Origin: Anaeramoeba ignava BMAN
Lineage: Eukaryota > Protista > Anaeramoebae
Reading direction: 5' to 3'
Length of the DNA stretch: 64,000 bases
Assembly: GCA_028826165.1 (NCBI GenBank)
Contig: JAPDFW010000065.1
Location: forward strand, 434,001 to 498,000
Of this stretch, positions 59,320 to 64,000 are shown piece after piece (the stretch's first letter is position 1; every line of letters starts with the position of its first letter). The notes below the pieces were generated by a model that had not been told where the DNA came from, ran no database searches, and saw nothing but the letters and a program-made list of their open reading frames with translations. The translations under genes and the position numbers were made by a program.

Positions 59320-62300
59320 TCATCTTTTTCTGAAAAGAATTCTTCTTTGATGAATATATTCTAATTCTTCTCTTTGTAACATAATTTGAATTGCTTTTCT
59401 AACTGCAAATTCTTTATTTCCTGATTGAACCAAAATTTCAATCATTTTCTTTTCAGGAAATGAAGAACCAATTGCTAATCTTCTTCTAATAGAGTTTTCT
59501 ATTTGGTCAATTTGCTTAATCATTTTCTTAGTTAAAACACCTTCGCCAGACATATTTGTTGAATTTGCAGCATCCAAAGAAGAAACTTTGAAAATACGAA
59601 CAGCTTCTTCAACATGAGATTCATTTGCAATTGGAGAAAGTGACATTTTAGCAAGAGCTTCAGCCATTCTAATTATCCCTTCAAGTTGGCGAACAGTAAT
59701 CGGAATAGCGCCGCTTTGTCCATATTGGTCTTTCATTTTGGCTTGAGAACGAATAGAGATGTAATGATTCTTTAGCAATTCGCTCGCTTTATTTGATAGT
59801 TTTGGATAGCATGTTGATCTGCAGAAACTAATGTATCTTTTCAGAATTTTGGGATCAATTTCTGACTGTGGATCCTTTGTATTTTTGCTCATATGCATCC
59901 TTAGAATATGCTTTGCAATGGCTTGATCTCTCTTTTCATTCTTGATATCTTTTATTATGAAGATCAAATCAAATCGAGAAAGAATACTCATTTGGAAATC
60001 AATATTTTCAAATGGTGATTTCAGATCATCATATCGACCAAAAACAGGGTTTGCTGCCGCTAAAACAGCTGTTCTTGCATTGAGAACGGCGGTTATTCCT
60101 GCCTTGGATATAGAGATTGTTTGCTGTTCCATTGGCTCATGAATTGCCACTCGATCATTTTCATTCATCTTGTCAAATTCATCAATGCAAACAACTCCAT
60201 CATCAGCAAGAACCATTGCTCCTCCTTCAAGATAGAATTCTCGGCTTGTTGGATCTCTGTTCACTGATGCTGTTAGCCCAACTGCTGAATTGTGAACAAA
60301 AATCATGTTGCTTAACATGAACGTCTCGTTTTCAACACTGAAATCATAAACTTGATTTTGCTTCTTTTTTTCCTTGTTTTTCTTCCTTTTAATTTCAACA
60401 ACTTCATCAAAATCAATCTCAAATCCATCTTTTTGATTTATTTCTTCTCCTTCTTCTTTTTCTTTTGAATCCAAATTTAAATTGTTCAAAATTCCACAAA
60501 ATTTCACAAAATCTTTTTTAATTATTTTGAGCCCATTTTCTTCAGTTTCATCATCAAAACTGTTTTTAGTTTTGATATCAAACCGAGAAAGAATTATTTG
60601 AATCTGATTATGAAATATACTTGGTGTATTTTCTGTTGAAATGAAAAACTTCTTTTCTTGATTTGAATCATTAATAACAAAATTATTTGCTTGATACATT
60701 GAAGTGATCAACCCTTCTAAAAATATTTTTTGACTTAGAATCAAATCTCCGTTGAGTTGAAATGGTTCCTTAATAATAGAATTCTTGAATAATTGGATTA
60801 AATTATTATCAAATATATTGATTTGAAAAAATTTCTTATTGATTTGATTATTTTCAATAATTTGAATATTTTCGAGATTGAAATTGGAACTCAAAATATT
60901 TTTGATTTTCTGAATGAAATGAATGTTTTTGTTTTTAAATATGAGCTTGGGCTGATTTTGTGAATAAAGTTTTTGAATAACTAAATTTTCAGAATCATTC
61001 AAAACAGTGGAAATAAATGAACCAATTAAATAACCAAAATCCTTATTCAAATTATAATTGAAAAATTGCTTTTTCGTTTTTTTAAACGGAATTTGTAATT
61101 TTTTCAGAATTGGAAGTAAAGTTCCAATTTGAATATCACTTCCTTTAATTGGCACAAGAATATTTTGTGCATTTTCTTGCTTTTTTTGTGTAAGTAATGA
61201 ATGATCTTTTGTTACAACAAATTTTTTGCCTAATTTTGTTTTGATTTGCAATAATTCTTCTTTTGGTTGATGACGCAATACATAATGAACTTTTTTAAAT
61301 TTAACTTGGTAATTTAATTGGTTAACTGCCAAAACTTTGAGGTTATCAAAGGGTTTAATTTGGATTGATTGATTTTGGTTTTTTTTGTTATTGTTAATAT
61401 ATTGGGAGTATTTTTTAATTTGTTCATCAATGATATTTCCTATTGAATCAAATTTTATTTTTCCATTTATTTTAACAATAACTGGTTCTTTATGATGAAC
61501 TGAAGATCCTTTTCCAGATGCATAAACACCAACAGGAGCAACAGCTTTTTTTTTTTTAAATTTAAATTTTGATTTTAATTTTAAATTTTGATTTTAATTT
61601 TAATTTTAATTTTAATTCTGATTTTAATTTTAATTTTGATTTTAATTTTAATTTTGATTTTGATTTTGATTTTGATTTTGATTTTGATTTTGATTTTGAT
61701 TTTGATTTTGATTTTAATATGAATTTTGATTTTAATTTTAAATTGAATTTTGATTTTAATTTTAAATTTTAATTTTGATTTTAATTTTAAATTTGATTTT
61801 AATTTTGATTTTAATTTTGAATTTTAATTTTGATTTTGATTTTAATTTTAAATTTGATTTTAAATTTTAATTTGAATTTTAAATTTTAATTTTAATTTTG
61901 ATTTTAATTTTAATTTTAATTTTGATTTTGATTTTGATTTTAATTTTAATTTTAATTTTGATTTTAATTTTAATTTTGATTTTAAATTGAATTTTTACCT
62001 TCAATAAATTTCAAAAACTGACTCTTTGATGTGGATGGATCTCCAAGTAATAAAACATTGATCTCACCTCTCAACCTCATTTTATCAAATAACTTTTTAC
62101 GAACACCACCAAATAACTGAATAGCTAAAGCCTTTTTGATATCAGAATAACCATAAATAGCAGGAGCAATACTTTTTGAAATAAAATCATAAACATTTGG
62201 TAATTTAGCAATTTGTCGAAATTTCTCCTCTTCTTCTTGGGTAAATTTGGAAGTTGTTCTTCCTTGACCTTCAAGATCTACTTCAATTCCAATAACTCTA

Positions 62301-63274
62301 ATAAAAGGAGTTTTGACAGCTATAGATTTTTTGGCATCTGACTGGAAAATTGAGAAAATACCAGTTACTGCAATACGTGTGCCAGGTGAGACTTTTTCAA
62401 CAAGATATCTATCAAGATAAAGAAGAACATGTCTGGGAATTTCGCCTGTCGGAATATTCTCAGGGGTCTCTTGAAGCTTCATCAATTGGCGGTCGATAAA
62501 CTTGCATTTATCAGGTAAAATCACATAAGGATCTAAAGGACATTCCACATTTTGTTGAGCGCCGATTCCTGATTGTCTCCCGCATGTTCTGGGCAAGATC
62601 AACTTGTTTCCGTTTTCTGTTTCCGATCGGATCCATATTTTATGACCGCAATTACGGCATTGGCAAACAAGTATTCGTGCTTTTGCTTGATTTGGTGTTG
62701 CTGAAACAACAATTCCTGAAATGCGAACTATTTTTGATATCAAATCGGAATTTAAGTTCCGAATTTCCTTTCTTTTCCCTCCTCCTGTTAATAAAATCTG
62801 GATCTCATTCAAATCAGGCAAAACTAATTCATCTTGATTTTCATTTTCAATATCTAATTGTGTATTTTTTGGATCGGCAAAAAAATCCGATTCAAAAGCT
62901 AAACTTTGATCTTGTTCTTCTTGTGTTTGTTGATTATTTTGCGTCGTTTTTTTCTGTTCTGTTGTTAGTAAGGATAAACATTCAAATGCTGATGATTCAA
63001 ATAGTTTTAAAACTCGATTTGGATTTTGCATTAATTCGTTTAATAAATTTTCATCAAATACTCCAATGTCTTCTAAAGAAATATTGAGATAATATTGTTT
63101 TAAATGAAAATTGTGAAGAAGTTGATCTCGATAAATGTAAGAATTTTGTTTTCGGAATTTTCTTATGAATTGAATAAAATTTTGTTTTATATTAATTGTT
63201 TTTCTTTGAATTTCATCATTTGTAGTTAAACCTTGATTACTAATAAAAACTGAACCAGTATCAAAACCACTCAT
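59320..63274 (-). CDS. MCM5: DNA replication licensing factor MCM5, interrupted by an intron (61545-61998) and an intein
   Basis: MSGFD start, zinc finger CRNC..C..CPLDPY, GDPSTSKSQ, FYLEGGAMVLADDGVVCIDEFDKM, AAANPVFGRYDD, SRFD and PITVRQLE. Confidence 0.95.
60289..61503 (-). mobile_element. Intein (405 aa) with degenerate LAGLIDADG endonuclease in MCM5
   Basis: In-frame insertion VYASGKGS|SVHHKEPVIV...VTKDHSLL (block B)...VYDFSVENETFMLSNMIFVHN|SAVGLTASV. It starts with Ser1, ends His-Asn, and is followed by Ser+1. Confidence 0.95.
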
Positions 63275-63449
63275 TTTTATTATAAAAATTTTTAAAAAAA
63301 AAAAAGAAAAAAAATGATTTAACGAATCAAATTAAAAAAAATAAAAATAAAAATTTTATTAACGGTTCTTTTTATTAATTTTTAATTTTGAATTTTGAAT
63401 TTTGAATTTTGAAAAATTAAAATTAAAATTTTCTTCTTTTTCTTCTTTC

Positions 63450-64000
63450 TTAATTTTTCATTAATTCTTTAATCATATTTTCTAAATCAACTGTGTTTTG
63501 TGAAAAAACTCGAATTCCTTCTTCTAACTATTATAAATTAAAATTAAATAAGTAAAAAAAAAGTGGAACAAACAAACAAACAAAAAAAATTTATTTTTCT
63601 TACTTTTTCTGTTGCCATTTGATCTTTTTCAAGCATTTCTCTAAATGTTTTTTCATTCATTTCAACCTTTTTAATATCCATTTGTTTTGTTTTTTCAATA
63701 TCTAATTTTTTTTCGATTGTATCAAAATTATTTTTTAATTCAGCAAGTAAACCTGGAGAAATAGTTAATAAATCACAACCAGCTAATTGGATAATTTCAC
63801 CTAAAAATATTTAAAATTAAATCAAATTAAATATTTAAAATTAAATTAAATATTTAAAATTAAATCAAATATTTAAAATTAAATCAAATATTTAAAATTA
63901 AATTAAATATTTAAAATTAAATAAAATATTTAAAATTAAACCAAATATTTAAAATTAAATCATTTAAAATATTTGAATATTTTTTTAAATTTTTACCAAT
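63450..64000 (-). CDS. TALDO1: Transaldolase, 3' exons (5' part beyond window end)
   Basis: Exons 63800-63604 and 63527-63450 give GEIIQLAGCDLLTISPGLLAEL...MNEKTFR...DQMATEK|LEEGIRVF. Confidence 0.92.

Noticed and set aside
60130-60140. MCM5 HEPMEQQ instead of the conserved HEAMEQQ
   Set aside because: It is a single-residue oddity that could be a base-call error, and it cannot be verified here.

Overview
Very AT-rich eukaryotic nuclear DNA with GT-AG introns, many of them filled with satellites. It most likely comes from an anaerobic protist. My inference is an Anaeramoeba-like metamonad, based on a PFO with an organellar-type leader, an intein in MCM5, expanded BTB families and NQ-repeat proteins. 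Housekeeping genes are SBDS, RFC2, a penta-EF-hand protein, PFO, URB2, Rab6, a PARP6/8-like gene, a divergent PCCA-like gene, MCM5 and transaldolase. They are interspersed with an expanded set of BTB adaptor genes: 6 RCC1-BTB, 2 BTB-TLDc and 1 ankyrin-BTB. The most striking signal is in the two BTB-TLDc genes. Their long last 'intron' resolves into a tandem array of ~120-170 nt GT-AG introns separated by variable 3-nt microexons (9 in copy 1, at least 5 in copy 2). All are in phase 1 within a TLDc loop, and no combination creates a stop codon, so this is a candidate combinatorial single-codon splicing system. Other notable items are a 405-aa intein with a degenerate LAGLIDADG domain in MCM5, a TIR-bounded element with a nested inverted repeat in a PFO intron, mosaic RCC1-BTB-CaaX paralogues, and a biotin carboxylase with a degenerate active site. 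Several frameshifts sit in homopolymers and are probably sequencing errors. All gene models were derived by eye, without transcript data.
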